Both the position numbers and the translations under genes were made by a program. Below are positions 49,486-61,628 of a stretch of DNA of 64,000 bases, in pieces. How positions within the stretch are numbered: the first letter of the stretch is position 1; each line of letters begins with the position of its first letter. Under the pieces are notes generated by a model, which worked only from the letters and a program-made list of their open reading frames with translations, did no database searches and had not been told where the DNA came from. Source of the stretch: Basidiobolus meristosporus CBS 931.73 (Eukaryota > Fungi > Basidiobolomycota); the NCBI GenBank assembly GCA_002104905.1, contig MCFE01000163.1:83986-147985 (forward strand). Reading direction: 5' to 3'.

Positions 49486-50931
49486 ATGTCGGTACAAGAC
49501 GATCTAAGACTCGCTGAGGAAACTGCACAAACCGCTCCTCAGAATGCTGTGGAAATCTACAAACGCCTTCTTGCAGATGATTCAGGTTTTTGAACGTTCT
49601 TCCAACCGTGCTACAAAAATATTGCTCTAATACTTCATCTCACCACAGCCTCGAAAGAAGAATCTGTCAAGATCAAGGAGCAATCTTTGCTGAAGCTAGG
49701 AGAGCTTTACCAGAAACTCAAGTAAATATTGCACTCCCAACCTTCCTCCACAATAACACGATATTCACAAGAGTATTCATCGCATAGTCAACCAACCGAG
49801 CTCTCCGAGCTGATCCGCAACTCCCGCTCCTTCCTGGCCTCCATTCCAAAAGCCAAATCTGCTAAACTTAGTAAGCATGCTTTTGCAGCAAATGCTTGGA
49901 CCATCGTATTTACTTTCTTTTCTTGTGCAGTCAAAACACTTGTCGATTGCTTCTCTGGTATTCCCGATTCGCTTGACCTACAAATATCCATTTGTAAAGA
50001 AAATATCCAGTGGTGTATCGACGATAAGAGAATCTTTTTGAAGCAATCATTGGAGACACGTCTTGTCGCCTTGTACCTTGATAACAAAATGTACACCGAA
50101 TCACTTCAGTTGATCTCAACCCTGTTAAAGGAACTCAAACGCTTAGATGATAAGATGGTTTTGATCGAGGTCCAACTACTCGAGAGTCAAGTTTGTCATG
50201 CCTTGAGAAGCTTGCCCAAAGCCAGAGCTGCCTTGACCTCAGCTAGAACCTCAGCCAATGCCATCTACTGCCCTCCACTACTTCAGGCCTCACTTGACAT
50301 GCAATCGGGCATTCTTCATGCTGAAGAGAAGGATTACAAGACCGCCTATTCATACTTCTATGAAACTTTCGAAGGCTACTCCTCTCAGGATCACCCCAAA
50401 GCAGTCCTTGCCCTCAAATATATGCTTTTGTGCAAGATTATGCTTGGATCTGCCGATGATGTTCACAATATTGTCAGTGGCAAACTCGCACTTCGCTATG
50501 CTGGACGCGAGGTTGATGCTATGAAGGCTGTTGCCACTGCACACAAGAACCGCTCCCTCCAAGAATTCGAGCACGCACTAGCCAACTATAATGAGGAGCT
50601 TGGAAAGGACCCCATCATTCGATCCCAACTAGCCTCCCTTTATGATACTCTACAGGAGCAAAACTTGGTCCGCATCATTGAGCCATTCTCTAAGGTCGAG
50701 ATCTCCCACATCGCAGAGATGGTTAAATTGCCTACAGCACAGGTTGAAACTAAGCTATCTCAAATGATTCTCGACAAAGTCTTCCACGGCATCTTGGATC
50801 AGGGTGCCGGCTGTCTCATTGTATTTGAAGAGCCCGCTGTGGACAAAACATACGAGGCATCTCTTGATACCTTGAAGCAAATGAGCCTGGTTGTTGAATC
50901 CCTCTACGAAAAGGCGGCCAAACTTACATAA
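49486..50931 (+). CDS. RPN6: 26S proteasome lid subunit Rpn6, multi-exon
   Basis: [68 protein letters not shown]. Confidence 0.97.
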
Positions 50932-51447
50932 AGCTATATATCTACTTTTGTAATCACTCCAGTACTTCCTGTTCTCCCTTGTTTTATATAAATTCATAAA
51001 CAAGATTGAAAATTTGCTCTCGTGATTACCAGATCTAAAAATAACTAGCTGGGGAAGGCCTAGGAAGCCAACCTTAACGATGTTAATCATTCTTGAATGG
51101 ATCCCTGTGGTTCTAAGAAGTTCCATTGAAAATCACATGTGGGGTCAGTCAGTGTCCCAAATGCCCCGTTGCTCGTCAGCAACCTTTCATCTGTCGAGTC
51201 TTCCTTGCTATAGTAATTCAAAATATCAGCATTTGTTGTTCCCGAACAATCTTCTATCCAATGAATTGCTAGAGAATCCTCTCGAAGATACTACGCGATC
51301 CTATCCTCATTTAGCCAATGATGAGGCACGTGCGCGTCGCGTTAGATTAAATTATAAAGAGTGCCGGCTTGGAAGAGTGCAATTTGATCATATCCGCCAA
51401 CATTCCGATCCACCGCTTCATTGTATATTCTTAGCAGATATTGTAAC

Positions 51448-52101
51448 ATGCTTTCGACGCAATATCCAAGTAGCAACGAGAGTTTCTTCAATTATAATAA
51501 TGAGAACTCCCCCAGTTTTAAACGGAGCCTCTTCGAAGAATCCCCTTTTCGTTCATGTAAAAAAAGATGTTCAGACGGCTATAGAAATGTAGAAAGCCCG
51601 CTAGCCCACACAAATCCATTCAAACGCACGTTCAAAGAAGAATTCACCGAGTCCGACCCGCATGAAGTAGTATCTCCATCCAAGCGTAGCCGGGTGGGAG
51701 GATATGCAAACAACCACTGTGCGACTAGAAGCCAATCTATGGAGTCGCTCTCAGAGCCTCGCATCGTCGATATTACTAGTGGCGAGGTTTTGGAGGAAGT
51801 TTCTTCCGAATCACCTCACTACCGCCCTTTTGATATCGATACTCCACAAGTCACAAGCCAAGCTTTAGTCAAGCATTCAAAGCCAAAGTCTCCAGCCTCC
51901 GAAGGAAGACTTCAGATATTATTTAATATTCCGTCAAACTCTGAGCCTCACCCTCAACTGCCTTTGTTGAGTATGGATCAGTCAAGCATGCAAATGGTCC
52001 CATACCAACCTTCGCATTATTGGCAGGAACAGCCTGGCTGCGCCACTCTTCATGAAATAGAAGACGAGGATTCTCTTGCAAATGAAATGGAGATTGACTA
52101 G
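51448..52101 (+). CDS. Hypothetical low-complexity protein with basic NLS-like patches
   Basis: Open 217-codon frame from ATG 51448 with KRS/KKR/SKRSR clusters. No recognised domain. Confidence 0.5.
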   Translation: MLSTQYPSSNESFFNYNNENSPSFKRSLFEESPFRSCKKRCSDGYRNVESPLAHTNPFKRTFKEEFTESDPHEVVSPSKRSRVGGYANNHCATRSQSMESLSEPRIVDITSGEVLEEVSSESPHYRPFDIDTPQVTSQALVKHSKPKSPASEGRLQILFNIPSNSEPHPQLPLLSMDQSSMQMVPYQPSHYWQEQPGCATLHEIEDEDSLANEMEID

Positions 52102-52528
52102 TGACTACCAATCAGCGTGTATATATATATATTTACGAAAATAAACAACCTTTTAATATTCATATGAAGCTAATATGATCGTACACAGCTGATCAATATG
52201 AGTATTTTAGTATCGTTTTTATTGGACAGTAATTATGCTGTAGTATCCATTTATCGATCAACCAAGGTCACCGGCTAGGGAAAGGCCATCATTTCCACTT
52301 ATGGAAGTGGCAATAGATACTAAGGACCTGCATTAAAATGGATTCATGGCTCACATACGGATTCGAGCACTGCTGCATGGGATTAGATGACCTCAGCTCG
52401 TTCTGGGGGTTTTTTTACACCATTAATGGATTTTCTGACTCTTTGTTTCGAGTAACGCTGTGAGACGACACTCGAGCATATAGTCTATATTTTCCCCCTA
52501 TTTTTCCGTATATTCTTTATTGGAAAAT

Positions 52529-54080
52529 ATGCAAAGCTCATCCGGGCCTGCTTATGAAGATTCCAATACTTGTACAGACACTAATCAAACCACTTCCACA
52601 GTTACAGTCGAAGACTACCCAGAAGCGAGGAATGTTGAGAACCTATGTTTAGAGGGTAGGAGGGCTATGCTGCACCTCAACTATCCAAGGGCATCTCAAA
52701 AATACAGCGAAGCCTCGGAAATTTTGTACGTTAACGAATCAAACGGGATAATTCCTCTTTAATTACCATACGACTAACAATTCAATCCTCTAGAGCAAAA
52801 CATTTCGGCTCCTCCTCACCACAATGCGCAGACGCCTTATTGTTATGCGGACAGGCATTATTCGCGAGCGCAACACAACAGAATCACCTCATTCAAAGTA
52901 CGCTCGTATATAAACTTCACGAAAGAATATGCAAAGCCTAGGTTTCTTATCACACGAAACCTTTTTTGATGGCATATATTCAGAGACAAACGAAGCGTGA
53001 TATTTACTGACTGTACCTTTATTTTATGTGTGAACCAAACTTTTCTTTACGGGTCTACTTCTACCAAACCTTCTCGTGATATGTACGTCTTGCAGCAGAA
53101 TCCGAAATGCATACATTAGACGATCCCGAGTTAGAGCCTGAGGCGGAGAATGGTGTGGCGTTACTCGAAGAGAAGTCAGATTGCTTAGAGCATGCATGGC
53201 ACAACTTAGAAATTGCTCAAGAAATATATCAAAAGACAAACACGGTAGACGCCAAGTTGAAGTTATCTGAAGTCAATATGATACTAGGCGATATCGCTTT
53301 CGAATCCGGTAACTTATTTCTACGAAGGCCTGCCGGAACATTGTAGAGCAATGATCTCACTTGTGACTACTATGATTAGAGAATCTCGGACTAGCACTAA
53401 ATCATTTCAATGAGGCACTCTCCTTGAAGAAGCACTTTTTGAAACCTGACACTCGCGTTCTGGCGGAAACATATCCTTGGCCTCATTGCAGTATATGGTT
53501 TCTATTCGACTCAGTAATTCCTTAACTCTTTCGAACTTATTTGAAAGTGGCTTCTGTCTATGAACATATTTCGAATCTTCCTCAGGCTATTGAGTATTTG
53601 GAGCAGGGCTTAGCCGTCATGATACGGTGTATTCAAAGTAAGAAGAACGAGCTTGAGCTTATAGATCGTGCGATTGGAAAGGGAAAGGCTAAGGCGCCAC
53701 CAGAGCATGAAGATCCATACGTACTAATTGAAAGGGAAATGCTACTACTGATTTCCTCCATTCGTGATGTATCTTTGAAGGTGAGTATTTCAACCATCCA
53801 CGGGCGCAGTCCTATTCTGAGCTTTCCTTTCGGTTCTGTCTAGATCGAGGATCTCCAAGCATTAGAAGCCAACGGTGCGCTTAGCCTCGAATTGGAGCTA
53901 GAGGACTCTGAAATCCCTCCAAACTCTCCGGTTTTTTCGGTGTCTCTTGAAACATCTGATTTAGCAGGAGATGAGCTTGAAGACCCTGACGATCTAGAAA
54001 TGCATGACCATGATAAAAAACGACTGCTTATAGAGGAACTAGATTCCCCGCGCTCACCGAAGAAAAAAACCAGACTCTGA
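52529..54080 (+). CDS. NASP/Sim3-like histone chaperone (SHNi-TPR), multi-exon
   Basis: Interrupted TPRs: ASQKYSEASEIL, acidic insert, LEHAWHNLEIAQEIY, LGDIAFESEN; acidic/basic tail ending PKKKTRL. Confidence 0.8.
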
Positions 54081-54631
54081 CCCGACGCATGTTTATTTTG
54101 GTTCGTACAAACGAACAGCCGACCACCTTATCTCCCCGTATATTCCAGTGTTTCGGTCATTTGTATGGATCAGTGTTATCTTGAGTTCGGTAACCTTCTC
54201 ATTTCCTTTTACCATCCTTCACGAGAGAAATCATCATATCCCCCTTTCCATTGCATAACAACCATGTATTTATAGAAGAACTAGATATCATAAATGATTC
54301 TAATAAGGTATAAAGTGGTGTTTCTTCTGGTAGTAACCTATCCGCTGTAGGATCCAAGGTACCCTTTAACAGCCATCGTGTAGCATGTTCATTTCTAAGC
54401 ACTCTCTTGGACCGTTCGGATTAGGTTAATCTACACCATGCGCCCTAACAACGGGTTTGTCTAGCCTCTCGAGGGGGCAACGAGAAATATTCGATCAGAG
54501 ATTTCATTTCTTGTAAGCATACAAAACCAGTGGAATTCTAGGGAAAATATTGCTACGGGAATGTATTCTATTGTAGGGAATAACTAATGGAAATCGTATA
54601 TGTATCAACTTGGTACGGGTTGGAGCCTGCG

Positions 54632-56125
54632 TTACGTGCGAATGGGAGCAATCCCGATACGCCTTCTGTCAGCATCGAACGCGGCATAGTTGAATTCAAA
54701 CCAATTGAGGCCAATAACCCAGGCCTAAACAAAAGGTCAGTTGTTGTTTCATCAATGAAGTCAGGCCAATCGTACTCACCCCTGGTGTTTCCTGGATGCC
54801 AGAGTAGCATAGATCCGGGTTGCTGGCGCTTCGTTTCGCGGTGGGAAGCATTACGCCTGGAATGCCGAAGTTCTTTCCCGAAAAAATGAAACTCACGTCG
54901 TTCAGCGGTGAGCCCTGACACGGTATGTACCAGCCTCTTCTATGTACATACGTTGCTCCGCTGATCTTCTCATGTACAGCTGCAGCAATATCCGAGCCGA
55001 TGGTGATAAGAGCGGAGCCGGAATCGATCACAATCGGCCGTGAGGTTGGTATCACGCTTTGTCCAACTTGTATGCCCTCCAAGCGTATCTGCCATCCATG
55101 TTGACCACGAACAAGGGGCGAGTATGACAAGGTTCCGTAATAGTGCTGCCTGTCGTAGTATCCAAATGTGAATTCGGCCAGGGTGTGGTCACGTGGAAGG
55201 TAAACACCAAATACTGCGCTATTGATAGGACGTTGCTTTTGTATAGTCTCAACAGGTGGCGCAATATCTAAAAATCATCGTAAGTGACGCCTTTCTCTCG
55301 GATTCACTTATCAGGAGCACATACTGTTAACGGTATCAACTCGGAGCCCTAGGCCAAAGAGTCCGTCAATAGGCTCTCTTGCATAGGCCACAGAAATACT
55401 GTTGGCTAGTGCGAAGGTCTGATTGCTCAATGTAAAGCCCCCAATATTGACTGAATCCTACATCAGAGAAATGTCAATTCCATTCACTTTACCTGAAATC
55501 ATGCAATATTGATGCCACTTACCACGCCTTGGAAGCCTGAAGCATAGGAGCCATCGGCGTACCTGATTTCCCAGGGTCTATCATCTACTACATATGTGGT
55601 TGATCTCTCGATATCGAACCGCCTAGGTTTCGTTGTGCAGTACTGGTTGGCGCAATGTTTGCTCATCACCCACACATCAGCTGAACCGGTATCCATGAAC
55701 AAGCGGAAGGTTTGCTTTGGGTATCCAACCGAAACCTCGCAATAGTACTGTAAAAGGAATTAGCGAATTGATGTAGATGTGAGGTGATCAGCTCGTTAAT
55801 TACCGCACTAAATGGTCCATTCTTATAGAAATATGCTTTGGCTCGACCATATCGCCTTGAGCGTGAAGGTGTTTGGCTCTCGGTCAACATCAAGTTGGTA
55901 TCCGAGGGTAGTGGTTGCACCTCTTCAACCGAATCCAAGGTGCCATCTTCCAATAGTGGTAAGCCTAATAGGGCTCTGGCCTGTAATTTCTGGGCGTAGT
56001 ACCCACTTCGAGACATTAGAGAAGATTTATTTCAATTGACCACAAGGGGCTACGTACTATGTTAGATTCGAGCCCAGCGCGCACAAGATTACTAAAACAG
56101 CGTAGAGTTTCCTGGAAGTGTCCAT
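54632..56125 (-). CDS. Secreted pepsin-like (A1) aspartic protease, multi-exon
   Basis: Signal exon from ATG 56125; catalytic FMDTGSADVWV and VIDSGS; flap IRYADGS; C-terminal AAFDADRRRIGIAP. Confidence 0.9.
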
Positions 56126-57282
56126 ATCGACGGTCAATGGTTACTAGGGTGATTGGGAACACTTCTTTCGGAGTGCCATCTGGAGATACTTGCAATATAT
56201 AGTCACCAATCGTTCCAACATCCGATTAATTTCCGTTGGATATTAACATGAAACCTATTTAGCAATCAACAATCCGATGAGCATGAAACCGCTGAACCAG
56301 AAATTCTCCACCAACTTGGTGTATGAGATTTTCTAAGGATACACATAGTGACGTCGATGAACTCTAGAATGTCCATTCTGTCAAAGAGACTGGAAGTTAG
56401 TAGATATCGTATATCTAGTCAGTGATGGTGATAGATTATTCATCTCTTCCTCTACTCAGGCAAGGGGCCTGCTGGGTCAAGAGAGTCACCGCTGTAGTGC
56501 TCCCAAAGAAAGTTTAGTGCATCTCAATGTACTAAGCATTGCTATCCTAATCCAAGAGTATCATCATGTAACATCTGCCAAGTTGGTGTAGTATACGCCG
56601 GTATATGCCTACATTGATTATTACACTGGACAAGATAATCATAATACTGACACGCCTTCCACTCTGTTGGATTTTAATTTTGATTGACACTATATGCGCC
56701 ATCAATCATTCAATCCATCAGCTCATTTGGCAAAAGAAGAGTGAGTCCAAATTTTCAGATACAATTTTTGGTGGAAGTAATGTGCAGCTGATTGTTAAAT
56801 TTGGTATGAATGCTAGATGGCCTAGTCTCCCCCTGGAAAGGATGTCTGCTTGTCTACTGTGAAGCTAGTACCTGAGATATTGAGAGTTGTCACTTTTGGA
56901 AAAGTCAGAATTCAGCTAATAAAATGATGGTTTTTTGCTGGCATTTTCTTAATTTTTATCTTAGGGACTGTTGTATCCAGGAGAAAAGCATAATAGAACT
57001 CTTGAATGGTTTAACTGAGCCAAAGGGACAATTAAGTGCAGAATCTTAGAATTGTCAGGGAGTGGTGGAAACATTAGCAGAGAGATTCTGGTCTAATATT
57101 GGCATTATATGCAGCTGGGTTTGGCTATAAAGACAACACAGTTGGTTTGCTATGCAGGCTAGGCTTGGTGTACCTGGGAGTGCTAGATATGCTAGGCTTG
57201 GGTAGAAACTAGAGCAGAATTGCTGAACTCTTAATTTTGCTGAGATACAATCTTAATTCTGTCAAGACATACACCAATCAAA

Positions 57283-59522
57283 TGTTGTAAAAGTTTATAA
57301 TTCCACCTGAATATTCACCTAACTTAGTCACTTAGATCATTACCTTCAAATCCTAGAGAATAGCTGACCAAATTCCTTGTTGGGATTTACTTAGAATAGG
57401 TTAAGGAAGGTTTCAGGAACATGTGTGCAAAGTTTGGGGCTGTTTGGACAACTTATATAATTTTCATGCTGTGGATAAATATTCTATGTTTTTATTATGC
57501 CAAGATCATGTAAAAGTAGTATTTATACTTTTACATTCAATAAATCATTAAGTGAACACCACATAATCTACTTGTTCTCCCAATCACTTCCAATATCTCC
57601 AAGACTCTTATAACAGGTTATGAGCCCCAAGCTGTCACTCTCTGCAATGTCTACTACTGCTAGTACTGGAATTTTCCCCTCTGCTGAAAAGTTGGATGGA
57701 TCCAACTACCTAGTGTGGAAGGTGAAGTTGAAGATGCTGCTACAAGAAGAGGCCTTTGGGATATTGTCATGAGACAAGAATGCCCTCCTAAAAATGTGAG
57801 AGGGGAAGCCTTAAAGTACCAGAAGAAAGAACAAAGTGGCTTTAACTGCATTTGCTTTGATGTTAAAGACAAATTACTAATTCAATGCTTAAGAGCAAAA
57901 ACGGCAAAGAATGCCTGAAAGGCATTAGAAGACACCACCCAGTCATGTTCAGCCTCTAAGAAAATGTATCTGAGACAAAAATTCCTTACTACAAAGATGC
58001 AGCCAGGAGAAGAAATGAAAAATCTAATTAACAGAATTACCCTGCTGGTAGATGAGATGGAATCTGTGGGCATACCAACCACTGATGAGGATGTGATAGT
58101 AAAAATCCTGAATAGCCAGACAGACAAGTTTCAGGGCCTTGTATCAGCCCTAGAGTCCAGAACTGAAGATTTGACCTTAAATTACATATATGGAAGGCTC
58201 CTGGATGAAGAATTAGGAAAATCAAGTGCCAATTAGAAGGAAGAAGAAAATGCTTTAATAAGCAATGATAACCCACAAAGGAGGTACCTAAGACCTTACA
58301 AAGGCAATAACAACCTGTTTTGCAACTACTGCAAAAGGAAAGGACCCACATTAGACCAGTGTCTCAAAAAGAGAGATAATCAGCAAGAGAAGCCTGAATA
58401 TAGAAATAATACAACAACTGAAGATAGACTACTCATATCTGCACTAAATATGACCACAAACAAGGATTCTCAGATGTGGTACATTGACTCTGGAGCGTCT
58501 CGACACTTTACACACCAAAAAGAACTTTTTACCCAATATCAAGAAATCCCAATCAAGAAGGTTTTGATGGGTTACAATAGAACACTTGATGCAGCAGGAG
58601 AAGGAACTATCCAAGTACACCTGAGAAGCAGTGAAGGAAGCCATACACTGACTTTCAAAGAAGTACTTTATATACCAGAAATAGCCAAGAACCTACTATC
58701 TGTATGCAAGGCCACTGCAGAAGGACTAAGTTTCAGCTTTGACAATTGTGGATGCAAGATCACTGATCAAAATGGTGCCCATATTGCTTTGGGTATCAGG
58801 GATCAGAATCTCTACAAGTTGACTTATATTCCATCATATTTGGAAGCTAATATAAGTAACTTAAATAAAGAAATGCCAATGCTTTGGCACAGGAGATTGG
58901 GGCACATCAATTTTGATTATTTGCACAAAATGATCAAAGATCAGCTAATTTCCAAGTAGAAATTGATCCCCCAGCTAATTTAGAGCACTATGAAGCCTGC
59001 ATATATGGGAAACAAGCCAGACCATTGTTCAAGAGTGTTGGGTTGATCAAACTAAGAAAAAATTAGATCAAATTCACTCAGATCTGTGTGGACCTATGCA
59101 AAATTTATCCTCAGGTGGGATGAAGTATTTAATCACTTTTATTGATGATTACACAAGATACATGTTGTTCTACTTCATGGAGAGAAAGGAAGAGGCTTTG
59201 TCTAAGTTCTGGGAGTTTAAAACCATGGTGGAGAGAGAAACTGGTGAAAAAATCAAGAAAATATGCTCTGACAAGGGTGGAAAATATACCTCAAAACTCT
59301 TCATCCACTTGTGCAAAATTGATGGTATAAAGCAAGAGACTACTGTACCATCCTCCCAACACCAATATAGAGTAGCAGAGTGTGCAAACACATCAATAAT
59401 TGATATGGCAAGACCAATGATGCATGATCAAAAATTATCCTATGATTCTTAGGTGGAAACAGTTGCCACAGCTATATATCTTGAAAATAGGGGTTATAAC
59501 AGAATACTTTGTGATTCTACTC
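57283..59522 (+). mobile_element. Third Copia copy: 5' LTR (57283-57615), PBS, gag-PR-IN, truncated within integrase
   Basis: Colinear with 5796-8050; homology stops abruptly after ttctactc at 59522. Confidence 0.92.
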
Positions 59523-60535
59523 AGGGGAGGGAAAGTCACCAAGGTAGGTGAAATCTTTATTTGATTTCAGACAAGTCTAACTACAAATAAAGAAGCCTGC
59601 TGGGGATAGAAGATTCCCAAAGTAAACACTAAGTTGAATATGAATAAATCTAAGCTAAAGTTAAGGCAGTATCCCAGAGCACACTGGAGTTCAGGTTCAT
59701 GGGGGAGTGAAGTAGATAACCTTGAGTGATATAATAATCTTTCAGGAAGTGGGTAACAGCAGGTGAAGGGGAGTTTTTGATAAGTGAAGTGAATCTTGAG
59801 AGCAGAGATTCCTCTAATGAGAAGGTCTTGTAAACTGGAGAATCAGGAAACTCTTTAACGGCATGGTCAGTAGGTTCCCAGTAAAACTGGTCAGAGACAT
59901 TTTGAGCAAATTGTTTGGCAATAATTTTGTCAAGTACTACCTCCAGAGTGTGATGGTTGATAAATCTCATGTTAACAATCTTGGAATATATTGCAACCTT
60001 GTTGCTTGAGATACATCCTATGCTTAGATATAGGAATAAACTCCACATTGGCAAAGTAGCAGACAGCCCAGTCAGTAGCAGGAGGCAAATCAGAGGTGGC
60101 AGGAAACTTTCTTTTAGTCTTGGGAGGAGCATCAGGATGTCTTGAGGAAGCAGGAACAGACTTTTTGACAGGTTCAGAGTAGGAAGAGTGAGCAGGAGCA
60201 GATGATTCCTGGGGAGTCTTGCTGGCAGGAAGAGTTGGCACAGGGACAATAGATTCTTGCAGATCAGAGAAGGCAGAAGACAGCTTTGAACTTGTTTCAT
60301 GAGTAGAGCATTTTCAGCTTCAACAAGTGCAAGCCTTTCCTCAAGGAATGAAATCTGAAGGGAATGGAGTGAAGGCATAAGGAACAAGAAGAAGAGGGTT
60401 GGATAGGGTGGGTGGGAAAATTAGCTGGGAGAAGAGAAGGAAGGAGCAAAAATTCCAGAAGTCAGAATTTATAGATGAATGGACAAGGGTAGATGGATGG
60501 ATTATTCCTGGGTTAAGAAAATTAGCAGGGAGAAG
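59523..60535 (-). mobile_element. LINE-derived non-autonomous element (ORF1-like frame joined to the shared 3' tail), E1
   Basis: Frameshifted ORF 60387-59650: coiled coil EERLALVEAENALL, low-complexity linker, RRM-like WAVCYFANV...IVNMRFINHHTLEVVL. No RT; 3' tail motif at 59523-59561. The 5' limit is approximate. Confidence 0.6.
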
Positions 60536-60539
60536 ACAA

Positions 60540-60781
60540 GGGGGGGAGGGAAAGTCACCAAGTTGGCGAAATCTCTATTTGAGTCAAGAACCAATCTAAG
60601 TACAAATAAAAAAGCCAATTAAGAGGTCTAGAACCTCTCTAATAAGTAATCTAATTTATGTTTTGTTTCATCTCTAATGTTTGTTTCAATAAAGTAAAGC
60701 TCATCAGGGGTAAATATAAAATTCAAGGGTTTTGGGGGAAGTACAAATTGTAGATGTTTCTGATCAATATAATCCAGGATT
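60540..60781 (-). mobile_element. 5'-truncated 3' end of a divergent LINE, E2
   Basis: Encodes ...QFVLPPKPLNFIFTPDEL...stop, similar to the ORF2 C-terminus LLLPPFPLNSVLSTEEL of E4, followed by the shared tail. Confidence 0.6.
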
Positions 60782-61177
60782 GGGTTAGGGGGGGAGGAAA
60801 GTCACCAAGTGGTGAAATCTTTATTTACTTATGACAAGTATCTAAAGAAGCCAAGTTAATCTGAAGTAATTCCTAGAAAGCTAGGTCTGAGAGATATCTT
60901 CCTGGTAAGCCAGGTCTGAGAGTTGAGAAGCTGACTGGTACTATATTTCCTAGTTAGCTAGGTCTGAGAGAGGTTTCCTGGAAAGCCAGGCCTGAGAAGT
61001 GAGAATCTGAATATATCTGAGCTAAGTTATACTGGTTTGCGGTAGCTGGATTGTGGCCAGAAAGGCCAGTAGACTGGGGGAACTGAGATGAATTTCTGGG
61101 CAATCACTGGCCAAATTTACTAGGCAAATCTGGTCATTAGCATTTCAAGGATTTCAGCCAATCAGAGCCTTTACTTT
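60782..61177 (-). mobile_element. Short non-coding element with internal repeats and the shared LINE tail (SINE-like), E3
   Basis: Four copies of an approximately 30-bp CTCAG(A/G)CCT(G/A)GCT...AGGAA unit (60880-61010); ends AATAAAGATTTCACCACTTGGTGACTTTCCTCCCCCCCTAACCC. Confidence 0.55.
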
Positions 61178-61628
61178 GGGTTAGGGGGGAGACAGTCACC
61201 AACAGGTGAAATCTTTATTTCAGTTGAAACAAAGAAGCCAGCGCTACTGTTGTAGCTTTGATACAAGAGTGTGTAGCTGAGGGGAATTTGTAGGTAAGTT
61301 AATAAGAAGTGATGATAGTTCTTCAGTGCTCAAGACACTGTTCAGTGGGAAGGGGGGTAGCAAGAGAGGTAAGAATGACTTGTGAACAACATTAATGAGG
61401 GGAATGTGATAAGGATTGATATTCATCATAAAGGGAGTGTGCTGCTGCAGATATTGCTGCCAAAGGTCTGTCAAGTACTTCAGGTAGGCCAGCTTGGGTT
61501 TTTCTGACTGCAGAATATAGTGAGCAAACTTCTTGACTTCAGGATCTCCAAGTATAGTTCTCCAGCAGGAGCCAGGTGTTGTGTGGTGTGTTCTCTTCCA
61601 GGCCTTAATCAGTGGATTGTTGCAGTTG
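61178..61628 (-). mobile_element. 5'-truncated LINE 3' fragment, near-identical tandem copy of the E5 end, E4
   Basis: 61181-61628 is nearly identical to 61629-62078. Confidence 0.9.
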
